This document shows, one piece after another, positions 50,201 through 63,528 of a DNA stretch of 64,000 nt (its first letter is position 1; every line of letters begins with the position of its first letter). Below the pieces are notes generated by a model. It had not been told where the DNA came from and made no database searches. It saw nothing but the letters and a program-made list of their open reading frames with translations. Location: contig CP154954.1 of NCBI GenBank assembly GCA_039621445.1, forward strand, positions 18,834,642-18,898,641. The letters are read 5' to 3'. This DNA comes from Euglena gracilis (lineage: Eukaryota). The translations under genes were made by a program, and so were the position numbers.

Positions 50201-53200
50201 TACCTGCCGGGTCCAGCTCCCAGCCGGCCGGACCCCCCCCCCCCCTGGACCGCCACCCATCACCTTTTTCCAGCCAGGCCTGAGGGACCGGACCCCGGGT
50301 CTTTTAGAAAATCCCTGAAGACATGTGCCCACTTTTTTGAATGTCTTAACCCCCCCCCCCCTAAATAAGACCCCCCCTGCCGATTTTCAGCAAAAATTAA
50401 AAAGCAGGCACCTCCAAACACAAGACCCCCCCCCCCGGAGTTTTGGGAATAATCCAAAAAAATAGACCCCCTGAAATTGTGAAAATGCCCCGAAAATGGG
50501 GGGCTTTTTTGACTTTTTTTTGATTTTTGCCCATTTTGCATGTGTTAAAACTAGCATTTTTGAGACAATTTTGCTCGTTGTCAGAAATCGCCCATTTTGG
50601 ACCTATTTTGGACCCATCTGCAGGAAATTTTTTTTTCGGTCGAATTTTTCAGCAAAAATCCAAAGAGTAGACCCCCCAAAAAGAAGCAGCAACGGACCCA
50701 AATAGTTCACCTGGGGTCATATTTGGGGGGGTAATATCTCCCAATTTTTGCAAAACATTGTGGGTTTTTGAATTTTTGTGTGTTTTTCTTGACTTTGCTG
50801 GGAAATGATTTAGACTTAGAAAACTCCGCATTCTGGACCAGATCCTTCTTTTGGCCAAATTTTCTGTCAAATTTTGTCATTTTGAATTTTTCTGCCAACA
50901 AACTCCATATTGTTGGAATCAGCAAGGTCTCCACCGAACCCAACCCCAGCCCACCCTGGGGAGTGGGTTCGTCGGAAAGAGCCGATCCTCCTCCCCCCTT
51001 CCTTGGGTCCTAAAAAGCCTCTGCATCATGCCTCTTGGATGATCGAAATCAATTGTACACAGAAACCATTTGTTTATCTTTGTTTCTCAGGGGATGGCAC
51101 ATTGCGCAAGTCTCCCGACAAATGGGACAGCTGGACGCCGCGTGAGAGCGCTTCGTTGCACCGGATGCAAATCCAAGTGTGTGGTGGCTGTGGTCTCCAT
51201 GCCTTTGACGTTCTCGAATGAATGAAACCGTCCATCCTGCAGGTTGCATATTTTTTTTTGCTTTCTTGGGTCACAGGAATATTGTAAGTGTTCGTTTACA
51301 GAGTTTTGTTTTGTTCCTCACAATTTCAAAGCTTCCTCGGGATTTTGTTGGCAGATGGCATTTTTTTTTGCATATTTTCCCCAACGCAATTTTCCCACAT
51401 ATTTTTGCCCCAACCTCCTGGCCACAGCAAGCCCTCCTTCTCTTGCCCTGTTGCATCTTTGCAGCCTTCACCACAAGAATGTGTTTGGTAGGGCTCCACA
51501 TTTCGAAGAAACGTCGCAGGAGTTTGTTGTTGCCCGTTGGCTTTCCTTCGCCCTGCCCAGTTCCCAGCACCCCCCCCCCCCCCACCGTACCCCCGCAGGT
51601 GCTGCAGCGGGCGATGTACCTGTGCAACGTCGGCGGCCGCATCGTGTACTCCACCTGCAGCATGAACCCCGTGGAGGACGAGGCCGTGCTGATTGAGTGC
51701 CTGACGAAGGGCGGAGGTGAGTGCTGGCAGTCGTGCAGAAACAATTTGCGCTGCCACGAACCTCTGGCCTCACTGGGTTGGCTCAAAACCGACCCCGCCC
51801 CAAATGTCCTCCTTAGCCCCCCCTCCCCCCAAGGGGTGGGTGGGTGTGTGTCAGTCCCCCAAGGTCCTGAAAAGGACCTCTACCCCCCGGCCCAGGGTGC
51901 AAGAAATTTGTCCGGAAGGCCCCTGGGGTGAGACTCCCTTGGGGGGCCTTCTGGCCTGAAACAGCTGCCTGCTCTCAAAGCTGCCTGCTGGGCACGGCCC
52001 TCCCCAGGGTGCTTCCAGTTGGTGGACACGTCCGCGGCGCTACCGGGGCTGCAGCGCCGGCCGGGGGTGCTGCAGTGGTCGGTGATGACGAAGGCCGGGC
52101 AGCTGTGCCCCGCGTGGTGTGCCAGGGGCCAGCCCCTCCCCCCAGCAGCGCCGCACCAACAGTTTCCTTTGGGGGGGGTCATGTGCCTGGCATTTCCTTG
52201 GCATGATACGTCACCCAGTGCAACCTCCGTTGTCGTTGACCGCAGGTTGAGGGGGGTTTGGGGGGGTTTTGGTGTCCCCATCAATCATCTGTGGCAGGTT
52301 TCATGTGAATTCCCCGTTGCTTTGCACAGGCGTGGAACCATTGTGACAATTACTCAGCTTCATGGAAAACACAGCTATTTCACAACAGGCAGACGACAGT
52401 CCACACACCTTTGGCCTGGAACTGCCATCTCCGATGGACAGCGGGAGATTTGTGGCATAAAAAACATGTCCACTTTCATTCAAGCAACTGGTCCTCGCGG
52501 TCGTGGGCATAAATTTCTTTGCATCCCATACTTGCCAGCTGAAGCCCAAACGCATGAGATGATGATGATTGCGGACGGTGCTGTGTTTTGATGTGGTTTC
52601 GGTTGGTTGGGGAGAAAGGGTTTGTTGATGTTTTTTCTTGACCATCAGAGAGGTTGTCACACTGACCCCCTCCCATGATGTTCAGAAAAGGGATTATTTT
52701 TCCTTTCGCCCAACCCGCACAACACAACCTCACAAGAATCAGTTTGTTTGACCCCATCCCGGGTGGGCCTGACGGTCATCGTAACTCGGAACCCTGCAGC
52801 ACTTCTCAGCAAGTTTAAAAGGTTCGAAGTTGGTGTGAACCAAATTAAATCCCTCCACATTCTGTTCCACAGCTTTGGAACAAACTTTTCAAAAGTTGAA
52901 TATTCATCCCGCAATTTTTTTGGGAGCATTTCACCATTTTTTTTTCATGACGTTGAATAACTTTGTTCAACTTTTGGACTTTGGTGCCCGTTTGGAGATT
53001 GTTCCTAACCCCCCTCCAAATGCACGGGTCTTATTTTTGGGTTTGTTGCTGGAAACCTCCGGGCGTCTTACTTTTGAGGAGGTTGAGGATTTCTGGATTT
53101 TTTCTTGACCGACCCAGGCCCCAAAAATTGTCATTTTTCAAACTTATAGAAACACGAAAATTTTTTATTCGCCGCTCACACCATGTGTAAAATGGATTGA

Positions 53201-56200
53201 GTTGGATTTCCCCATATTTTCTGTGTCGCAAAGCATCTAAAATATTATGATTTTCATCATTGTGGTGCCTAGAGTCGGTTTTTATTTTTGGAAATGATCC
53301 AGGGAATTTTTTTCATCGTCCCCGGCTTATTTTGGGGGGGGTTAAATTTTGTATTTGAAAAGGCTTATTTTTATGTTGGTAACTCCCATTTTTAATTTTA
53401 AACCCCTAATTTCTCTGACATGATCCTTTGTGATATGAATAATCAATTTATCCTCCTTGGGGAGCTTTCTAAATAATTTTCAGAGGCCCGAGGCCTGCAA
53501 AATATTTTGCAATTGCTGTTCTACTGAGAATGCCATTTTTTTGCGGGTGCAAAATTTTATTTGCCCATCTTCTTCAGCCCATATCCCCTGCGGAAGGACG
53601 CTCAGGTGCGTGCCAGCACACCACACGACACCACACCACACCGCACCGCACCGCACCGCACCGCACCGCACCGCACCGCACCACACCACACCACACCACA
53701 CCCCACCCCACCACACCACACCACACCACACCACACCACACCACACCACACCACACCACACCACACCCCACCCCACACCACACCACACCACCCCACACCA
53801 CCCCACACCACACCACACCACACCCCACACCACACCACACCCCACCCCACACCACACCCCACCCCACCCCACACCACACCACACCACACCACACCACAAC
53901 ACGTTGCTTTCAGGGAAGAGCTGCCAGACAATGAGCGGTCAGTGATCCTCCGCAGCTGTTTCCCCCCGGCCCTCGACACCGAGGACCAGCGCGCGGCGGT
54001 GGCCGCACTGCACATTGAGCGAGCGATGCGTGTCCTGCCCCACCTCCAGGACACGGGCGGCTTCTTCCTGGCCGTCCTGCAGAAGGTGCTGGGGCGGGGA
54101 CTCGCACTGTGAGCGAGCAGCTTTTGCACACAATTGGAACAAAGGCGAGGATGAATTAAAAATTAAATGTTAATCATAGCATAACGTGTATTGATATAAT
54201 GCAACATAAATTTTCGAATATCAGTATGATTTTTTTTTGCGATTGCATTTTATTTCTGTTCCAATATGTGTTCAAAGAACATGTGGCGCTTGAGTCGTCT
54301 CCATTGACTTAACATGCAGCTTAGCTGTTCAGGGCTCACTCAAACCCAGTAAAACAAGGTTTTTTTCCCTTTCTAAGGGCAAGCGCGGGGATGGTCGGTC
54401 CCAACTGGTCTTTCACCATTGCCCCGAACATCTTTTTAGCACAGGGTCACCACCCCCTGATTCCATTGCCCCTGATGTTAGAGCCAAGCTCGTCACACTT
54501 TTATTTTTGCAGCCATTCACCCAAGGCAACAAGGTCAGGTTAGACCGATCACCCCCTCCCCAGGTGGGTCTCATTGGGTTGCTTCTGCCAAACTTTGATC
54601 CCTGTTTCAAAGCACAATTTGACACTGCAGCAGGCGCTCCATTGAACCTCTCGTTTCTCTGTCGCAGATGGGTTCGCAACCGCCCAAAGGAAGTTGAACC
54701 CCAATTTCGATTTTTTTTTTTTGATGAAGTTCCTTGTCACGTGTTGGCATTTCCTCCATTGGCGTGTGTTGTTGTGGCTATGGTTTGCGGGCCAACCCGA
54801 ATTGGTTGACCTTCGTCGGCTGACCCATCCCCCGCTTCGCAGACTGCGCACTGGAACCCAGAGCTGCAGGGGGCAGGCGTGTCTCGCATTGCCTTCTTGG
54901 TGGATCCATCCATCCATCCATCCATCCATCATTCTTCCATCCGTTCATCACCCATCCCTCCTTCCATCCAACCAACCATCCATCCATCCATCTGCAGAAA
55001 TGTGTGTGTGTGTGGGTATGGCACCATATGTATACATACACACATATATGCATGCATATATGCGTATGGACACGGACATTGACCTGCACATGGACATATA
55101 CATACAGATATACGCACGCGTGCGTTTCTGTATGTCAATGTTTATGGCAATGTTATACAAGTGGGACCCATTTGCAGAACAGGGTGGGGGGGCTCTTCTA
55201 TGACCCATTTTAAATCTCGTGACGGAAGCAGGGTTAGTTGGATTTCAGCCAAACTTTGTCCTGAATTCCTGCTGCGGTTTGGCTGGCTTTCGGCCTGACC
55301 CAAGCCCAGTTTAGGCAAAAAATTCTACCCTACCCGCTGACTCCTAAACATGACCCCATTCCTATCTAACCCTGACCACTGCTGTGCGGGGGTCACCGCA
55401 GAGGTTTGGGCGAGGTTACTTTCTCCCTCTCCCTGCCTCCCAAGAGGGTATTACGAAAAATGAAATCCTGGCCCTGCAGTGACAACTGGTCGGCTGAAGC
55501 CCCCATGAGGCCATTCCTGTGGGACTCCTCCCATTTGTATAACATGCGCGCACGTGTGCGTCTGTGAGTATACACCTGGGATGTACTTCTTTACATGAAA
55601 TACAACATAAAAAACAACATAATGGCATACACGTACTGTAATCTGGTGAAGGAACAGGCTGACATTTAAGTTCAAATTACATTTGAGTAAATATAAATTT
55701 TCTTTAAGGCGGTACCGATCCCACGCCCGGTGGGGTGCCTGCCTGGGCAGGCACCCCAAGGCACCCAAATCCGACCCCCCCCCCCAGGGGTCAGGGCATT
55801 GGCCTAGGCATTTTTGGCGCCGAAGGCGCTGGAAGCCCATGAAAAGCCCATTTTGGACACTTTTGGCCCATGACCCCGCAGGCACCCAGGGGGGGGGGAG
55901 TGCCCTGCCCACGCACTCCAGAACACCACGCCCCCCGGGTTGGTCAATTTCGGCCTGCATGGGAGCATTGAGGCACCCCCCCCCCCCGGCAGGGTTGGCA
56001 ACCAACCCCAACCCCACACTGGGTACTTTGGCATAACCCCCCCCCCCAAATAAGACCTCGGATCCATTTCATGGGTCGGTTGCTGGAAAGCCCAAGGGGA
56101 GGCCTTATTCATGGGGGGGGGTCAATTAAATGGATTTTTGCTGGAAAATTTTTGACTTTGGAAAATTATTGCGGGATGCCCCTTTGAGCACTGATTCTCA

Positions 56201-59200
56201 CGTCACTTTATGTTCATGGACATAGACATGGCACAAAAATCACTTGCTTCTTTTCTCAATGAGGTCAGAGGCCAAAGCTGTGCTGCTGATGCATCTTTCC
56301 ATGTGCATTTCCATATCCGTATCCTATGCGTATTCAAAAACATATGCACACACATACACATACATGCATAGGCATATGCATATGCATATACATATGCATA
56401 TGCATGTGCATACACATATGCACATATATTATGTGCACACATGTGCATGCAGATATTCATATCTACATATTCATATGCATATGCACATTTATAAAGTATA
56501 CATACAAATATGCATATGCATATGCGTATGCATATGATATACACATACATATTCATATCCATACACAATTACGTACATACGTAACATATACAAAGACATT
56601 TCCATTTGCATATACATCTTTATGTACACACACATGTTCATATGGATATGCATATATGCACATCCATATACACGTATACGTAGCCAATCACCATCACCAT
56701 TTTGGTGCTAAAAATTGTCGTATTCCAACGTGCTACCACACCGCCAGGTGCATATTGTTTTGCCTGCCTAACTGCAGGGGAGGGAAGGAGGTCGGCCACA
56801 ACCGGCCAAAGTCGGGAGCCGGCCGCTGTAAAGAGCGACGCCACGGCCACCACTGCAGCCGCAGGAACGGTGGACAGTGAGCGGACAGTGGCAGCGGGCA
56901 GTGAGTCCACAGCCCGGAAAGGTACGGAGGCCACAGAAGAAAGCACACCATTGAAATGGCCCAGGAGTGAAACGATGTTGTGTCCAGTACTGCTGTCTTG
57001 TGCATATTGTAATATGAAACTGAAAGAGAGAGGCGCAAAGACTTGCAAAAACACGTTTTGATTTCATATTCTTTCAGCTCCACAACTGACAAATGTCAAG
57101 CCCACAATTTTTTTTGAAATTTTGAGTGAAACTTGCACATTATCGGTTTTCATTGCCTTCAGGCAAGGAAAGCAAGAAGCTGACTGACAATTTTATTCCC
57201 ATCAGTGACGCCATCATTGAGGTGTGCATATTTACACGCGCGCACGCATGCACACACATACACACATACAGGAACTTCATCGAAGAAAAATCATTTTTTT
57301 GAATACCAGGCTTCACGCAAGTGATAACCCCCGGATAATGGACATACAAATCATTCTGTTCACTTATTCTTCTTCCTCTTCCTGTTCTTAAACCCCTCCA
57401 GAAAGAGAATAGAGAATGAAGTTTGAAGTGAGGTCGCTACCAGATGGTCCTCCCTCCCACCACCAACCATCATACTATTGTAACTCGACTGTGCAGAGGT
57501 GGAGGTCGTATCCTCTGTTAGCTTTGAAGAGGGCACATGTTGATTTTCTCGCAATCATTACAGGGGGGGAAAATTGATATCCGCAATTTTTCCGCAATTT
57601 CCGCAATTTTCCGCAATTTCCGCAATTTTCCGCAATTTTCCGCAATTTTTCCGCAATTTCCGCAATTTTTCCGCAATTTTTCACCATTTTTTTGAAGAAT
57701 TTTTTCCCCACCACCGAAGATGGAAGATGCAATGAGTTCAAGCCATTCTTCAAATGGATCAACAGGTGTGCTATTGTGTTTTGTTGTCCCCCCCCCAGTT
57801 TACCAATTTTTCTCACAGGTGCACCACTGGTCACAGGATTGGGTGCGTCCCACCTGTGCAAAGAACATCAAGCGTGTTGATTTGTGCTCGCCTGCATCGA
57901 CGTGGGTGTTGCGGTGTTCTGAACCTCACAATTGAAAATTTCTAAGTCCCCCCAAGCAGAAATGTGTATACCCGATATCAATTTTTCCGCAATTTTTCCG
58001 CAATTTTCGCAATTTTTCCGCAATTTTTCCGCAATTTTTCCGAAGGCCTCCGATATCAATCCCCCCCCCCTGAATGATTCTCAAGGGCTTGCACTCGGCT
58101 GGAAAGGAGCTCACCTCTGTGACCTGTGGAGAAGCACCCTGTCACCCCACCCCCCCCCCCATCCCACCCCTCGCTCAGCAACTGCGGACTCAAATCCAGC
58201 TCACCGACTCCTTCCCGATGGCGTGCGTCCACCGACGGGAGCGGAACGTCGGGGCATACAAGAAGAAGCTGTTCTGGCTGTCCGAGACAGCGAGCAGGTG
58301 CCCGGTGGGGGGGGGGCAGGTTCTTGTGAAGGGTGTCATGTTGGGGCAGTCTTCTGCTTAAGGATTGGGGGGAGGGCTGCTATCAAAACCCAGCTAATTA
58401 AACATCCTTCGACCTCCTGTAATATGCCAAAGATGCTGATTTTTGACATTTTTATGGTTTCTGGGACTCAAATTCGGAAAAAAAATGAATCTGGTAAAAA
58501 TCTCATTTTTTTCATTTCCACAATTGTGCGAAGCATGGAGGATGTTTTCCTCCAGTTGGGGGGACCCAGCAGGGGGGGGAATATGCACTGTGCAGTTTTT
58601 GCAGTTTTTTGAAGTTTTTACATTTTGGTTTTTTTTGCAGTTTTTTGCAGTTTTTGCAGTTTTTTTGCAGTTTTTTTTGCAGTTTTTTTTGCAGTTTTTT
58701 TTTCCCTCGAAAATGCACATGTGCATTTTTTTTTGCAGTTTTCAGGTTTTGGTTGGCCCCATTTTGGTTGAAACTACAAGGGAAGTTTGCTGACCACGTC
58801 GCTTTTTTTTTCTCAACATTCCTGAACTTCAGCTGAGGTGGAGCGGTCCTTCAGTCTGGCTGGCTGCATTGACACAAAATTGCGCCATGCCTTGCCTGAT
58901 GAGACACGCAAATTATCCACCATGCTCATGTTCAATGGCGACATTGAGGGCCGATTCCGTTAAGGACCCTTTGCTGTTTGTTTCTTTCATGTTTCCAGCT
59001 GTGCCGTGCCCTTTCTGATTCGGAACGTCCTTTATGGCATTAGATAGGCCCTTTTGTGCAAATGGAACATCAATGGTCTCATCCTTAGTAATTAGCCTGA
59101 CTCGTTGCACGATGGCTTCCTCAAATGGGTTTTTTCTTGTGACGTGCAGTTTTTTTTGCAGTTTTTTGCAGTTTTTTTTGCAGTTTTTTTTTGCAGTTTT

Positions 59201-61050
59201 TTGCAGTGCAGTTTTTGACCTGCCCGTGTGCAGTTTTTGCCCCCCCCCCTGGGGACCCAGAACCCCGGGAGGGAGGGGGTCTTTCTACCTCGTGGCTTTT
59301 ACGTAACCTCCCACACCCCGGGGCCTCAAACAAAGGCCTTGATGGGGGGCACCCCCCCCCCCTGCTTCCTCACGCTGCTGGCAGTGCCGACCATCTGCAC
59401 CCTCAAGTGGTTGGAGCTACACAGAAGCAGTCTTTTTTGTTGCACTGGAGCTAGGTTTTGTGGTGCTGGTCGACCCAGGGCTGGGGTTTGCTGCCGTTCC
59501 TGTGCCCTTCCAGGGTGCTGCGCTGCATGAACCGGCGGGGCAAGTTCGAGGTCGTCAATGCTGGGCTGCGAGTCTTCGAGGAGCTCACCATCAAAGGCAA
59601 AGCGGTGTGGCTGCTTTCATGGTTCAGAGGGGTCAGTTTGGGTTTTTCGGATTGGGGCATTTTTACCCCATCCTCGCCAGCCAGGCACTGCCAATCAGGG
59701 TGCCGCCATCCCAGTCAGCCTCCTCTCTCCAGCACTGGACCCCCCCATCCACAAGTTTTGTTTGTTTTCCAGCAGCCCAAAGGGCGGCTGGACAGCATCG
59801 GATTTTTTTTTGCTTTTTTGCCAATGCTGGGTAAAAATCGGTTTGAAGAGCGCCGGGACGGCAAACTTTGGGTCGAAAATGAATGAATATTGCGTGATTG
59901 GCAGTTTTCTGGGCATTTTTTTTGCAGTTTCGATTCTTCGGTTCGACCCTGGGTCAGGCCCAGGTCCAGCCGGGGAACCCCCATGGGGTGCCCCAGTGCC
60001 CCAGGTGGGGGGTTTTCAAGCCAGCCCAACCAGGCTTCTGCTTAAGGGATTGCAGTACCCCCGGGGGAGGGGCTGGACTGCAGCTAGTCCAAATTTGGCT
60101 AGTGGGATTTCTAGCAGACCCCCCCCGGGGGGGGTGCTCTGCTAGCAGGGCTAGCAAGTGGAAATTTTTTTGGGGACCCCCAAAAATGGCCTAAAATGCC
60201 CATTTTTGGCCATTTTTGGGAATTTTTGGAACAAAATCAGCCAAAAACCTATTAAAAACCTCATTTCCACCTCGGTGCGCAGCGCCGGAGGAAATTTTTT
60301 TTTTTCCAGTTCGGGGGACCCCCGGACCCCCCCCCCCCCCGGGGGGAGGGGGGTGGTCTAGCTAGTCCATTTTTTCCAGTGTCTAGGTGTCTAGCCGATT
60401 GGCTAGCCAGTACCCCCCCCCCCCGCCCCGGGTCCTTAAGCAGAAGCCTGAGCCCAACCTTTTTCCAACCCCAGAACCGGGCCTCCCTCCCCCCGGTGGT
60501 CGCCAAGCGGCCCGGCCTACCAATGGTTTCCGTCCGAACCTTCAGGAACGTTGAACTGAGGGAACGTTGAACGTTTGCTGAAGGAGTGTTGCAACCATTG
60601 CACCCGCCCACCATTCCGTTACCTCGGCATGCTCATTGGTAGGCCCCGTTGTGTTTGTCGGGTGGTTCCTCCCGGGAAGGCTCGTACCGTCCCCCCCCCC
60701 CCCGCCCCCCCCCCCCGGCTGTTTGAGTCAATTTGCCCCCACATATATAACACACACTTTTTTTGACTCCCCTGGAGGCCACCCCTCCCCTGGCCATGCC
60801 CTCCTGCCACTGCCTCTCGACTGGTGCTCGGACTGTGCCGCGCCCGCCCTCCCCCGGCCCAGGACCACTGGCGGCTGGCGCACGAGGGGCTGTCGGTGGT
60901 CCGCCCGCACCTGCCGGCGTACCGGACGTTGCCCGTGGCCCGCGGGGACGCGGTCGCCCTCATCCGCAGCAAGGAGGGCAAGCTGCCGGTGTGAAATTTG
61001 CTTTCTTTGTGTGCGGTACATGGGCACTTTTTTGTTTCCACGGGCTGTTA

Positions 61051-61100
<50 letters not shown>

Positions 61101-63528
61101 CGGGTGGGTGGGTGATGGGGGCCATTTTTGGTGGGTTTTTGCGACAAAATGACCCTGCTGCAAAAAAAGAACCCCAAAATCCCCCTTCAATGGAAATTTT
61201 CGTTCTGGTCACAATGCAATGTTTTTCGTCAAAGTTGCTCCCTTGAGCGATGCTTCCGATAAGGGTGTGGGGTGGCGTGGCAGACAAGAAGACACCTTTT
61301 GAGGAAATGGCGGGGTGGGGGTACTTATTACGCATTGGGGTCAATAACCTGCAGGCTTATTATTTGGACGTTGGGGATCGACGATGCTCGCTTCCCCATT
61401 CAGGTTGTGGACCTGCAGCCTGACACACAGGCAGCTATTGTCCGCTTGCTGTTGCGGCTGAGCCCCATGGCCCTTCATGTTATGCATAAAGTTTCACTGG
61501 TTGAGCCTTTTGGCCTTTCTCCATTTGGACCCAAAATTCGAAAGCTTCGTGCTTGTCCTGCTTGCACTTCTCCTTCAGTCCTGGGATGCTGTCACGCAAG
61601 GTGAGGCACCAGATGAGGCAGTCGAGTAGAGATTTTCTTTGGAGTGGGGTTGCCACCAATAATATTAATTTTTTTCCAAGGGGACAAGGGAGAGAATTAT
61701 TGAGGTCGTTTGTCCCTTATGGTGTTACACTCATAAAAGTGGATTGCATTTCATTCCGGAAGTTCTTATCGTGTGGAGATCCTGTTTTGCGGTACTCAAT
61801 TTCGCTCGCAAACCGGCGAACAAAAAGATTCCTCGGAACAGATTAGGAACTCCCAACCTAATCTGGTTCAAAAGTAAACTTTTGCTGCGGAGTTTGATTG
61901 GTGGCGAAATTACATTTTCACGGGATAAGAGACTCCGGAATTTTAGGGCGGCCAAGAAAACATACTATTTCAAAGTTTATATTTCTGTATTTATTGTTCA
62001 ATATTCACAATGTAAATCATAATGAGTTAACGTTTAATGCAGATATGTGTATATTGTAATACGAATTTATTTTGCCTTCAGTCTTTGGTCAGTCGTGCAG
62101 GAGGTCCTATTTTCAGGAGTACCTTTTTTTCATCGGCAGTCCCTGGTGCAACCCCAGCCCCCCCCCCCTCCCCCGGGGAAACTGCCACCTGACAGGTTGG
62201 CCAGTACTGGGAACCTGACAACTTCCTATATATACTATATATACAGGTTGGCCGGTACCAGGGACCCTGACAGTTTCCCGGGTGGGCATTTCAAGAGAAA
62301 GTCAGTGAAAAATGACCCTGAGGTACCTGGGACCCTGTTTGGCCAGTACATGGGACCCTGACAGTTTCCTGGGCGAGACCCTGACAGGTTCTCGGGCAAG
62401 ACAGTTTCCCACTGGGGTTGGTACCTGAGTCCCAGCCGCCTCCCAGAACAAGGTGGTGGGCCGTGCGTCCTGCAGTGTGACGACGCCAGTCCAGCCCTCA
62501 GTACGGGGCTGCAGCTGTCGGGCTACTGTGGCGGCACGCAGCGCTGTGTGGGGAGGGATTCTGCCGGGGATGAATGTTATATTCTATAATTCATTCTGAA
62601 CCATAATTACTAAATTTATGTGTTAGGAATTGTTGTCTCAAGTGCATTACCTGATCCCCCCTTTTCATTCCTATATCAGCAACACATTTTTGGAACATTT
62701 ACCCGCAGTTTTGCATTGAAGTATTGTGATGTTGACGCAGCGTGTCGCTGACCCCCCCCCCCATGCAGTGGTTCATAAATGAACCACTACATGGGGGGAG
62801 TCAGTTTATGGACAAGGGGAGGGGCAGGTTCTTTAACCCCCCCCCTAATAGAAGCATGGATGCGCTTATAGGGGACCGCCGCCTCCGGCGGCGGGGGGTG
62901 CGCTTCTATTTGGACCCTACCTGCGCGGTTTTCGTTGATTTCCTTTAGAAATCCCATCAAAATGGGGGGTGCGCTTCGGCAGCGGGGGGGGTGCACTTTT
63001 ATTTTATTTTATTTATTTTGGACCCTGCGCTTGTAGCAGCCCCGTGCTTCTATTAGGGGGGGTTTAGGAGTTGTCATTGCCAATTCGATTATGGATTGTG
63101 GGTTGTGGTGGTGAACAATTCATTCTTCTTGTCAAGTCGTCAGTTGAACTTTCCGATCCCGGTCAAACCCATTTACTAGCTGAACACAAGGCCCTGTCCC
63201 CGCCATGCTGATGCTGTACCTGAACAAAGTGGACAGCGGCAACGTACTGTACCGCATGGGGGTCACCGAGGTGCGTAAACCCATGAATAGAAGCCCCCCG
63301 GGGCTTCTATTCGGACCGTTGGTCGAAAACCGAGGAGGGGAGCTTCTTTTCGGGGGAGGTTTACACGTGCGGGTGTTTGTGCATCATCCGGGTCTCGAAC
63401 GGGGCACGCCACTGTGCCTCTGCAGTCGGGTCGTCTTCCCAACTCAGGAGCCAACCACCGATGGGCCCACAGAGGGGAACGATGTGACAGAAGTGGCGGA
63501 GGTCGACCCAAAGGTGGACGATGCCTGA
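39936..63528 (+). CDS. NSUN2: tRNA/RNA cytosine-C5 methyltransferase NSUN2/Trm4, about 22 exons
   Basis: Exons: 39936-40040, 42761-42873, 43250-43342 (RPLPAAFRI), 44045-44090, 44880-44933 (GWYP), 45917-45928(?), 46052-46157, ~47373-47424, 47560-47610 ([12 protein letters not shown]), 47845-47889, 48313-48426 (ANDV), 49209-49293 ([12 protein letters not shown]), 51091-51176 (DGTLRK), 51599-51716 ([15 protein letters not shown]), 52008-52116, 53914-54085 ([17 protein letters not shown]), 54843-54876, 56778-56921, 57163-57221, 58179-58297, 59514-59604, 60863-60988, 61404-~61439, 62436-62535, 63202-63270, 63448-63528 (TGA). Both catalytic Cys motifs are present. Confidence 0.93.
41267..42606. mobile_element. 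CAGGGGG-ended MITE (CCGCAATTT type) with a nested insertion
   Basis: cagggggaaaattga / tcaatttcccccctg; same family as 57560-58072. Confidence 0.7.
41403..42143. mobile_element. hAT-type MITE with GTATCAC repeats, 8-bp TSD GGCCATGC
   Basis: TIR cagacctccattta / taaatggcggtctg; TSD at 41395-41402 and 42144-42151. Confidence 0.88.
48427..49208 (+). other. Non-conventional intron in NSUN2 (gcc-CAGcccc ... ggggCTG-ttga|GAC)
   Basis: Removal restores the conserved VNH-DA motif; the intron ends pair (cagcccctcccc / gggggggggctg). Confidence 0.82.
53618..53900. repeat. Pentanucleotide microsatellite (CACAC/CGCAC/CCCAC)n
   Basis: Direct inspection; ends about 13 nt before an acceptor. Confidence 0.95.
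56325..56680. repeat. Low-complexity CATA/CATATG-rich tract
   Basis: Alternating purine-pyrimidine sequence. Confidence 0.85.
57560..58072. mobile_element. hAT-type MITE with CCGCAATTTT repeats
   Basis: caggggggg..ttgatatc / gatatcaat..cccctg; degenerate TSD aatcatta / aatgattc. Confidence 0.8.
58570..59251 (+). mobile_element. Deleted hAT element with TGCAGTTTTT repeats and a transposase C-terminus (58829-58963)
   Basis: caggggggg / cccccccctg ends, flanking gggacccag duplicated, remnant [36 protein letters not shown]. Confidence 0.88.
60031..60450. mobile_element. hAT-type MITE, perfect 17-bp TIR, 8-bp TSD AGCCCAAC
   Basis: caggcttctgcttaagg / ccttaagcagaagcctg; TSD at 60023-60030 and 60451-60458. 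Confidence 0.9.
62536..63201 (+). other. Non-conventional intron in NSUN2 (acg-CAG ... CTG-tcccc|G)
   Basis: Joins SGYCGG to AMLMLYLNK in frame; CAG at +4..+6 and CTG at -8..-6. Contains a hairpin (62749-62803) and a MITE (~62834-63067). Confidence 0.85.

Noticed and set aside
53457-54129. His/Thr/Pro-rich and Val/Trp/Cys/Gly-rich ORFs
   Set aside because: Translations of the pentamer microsatellite; only 53914-54085 is coding.
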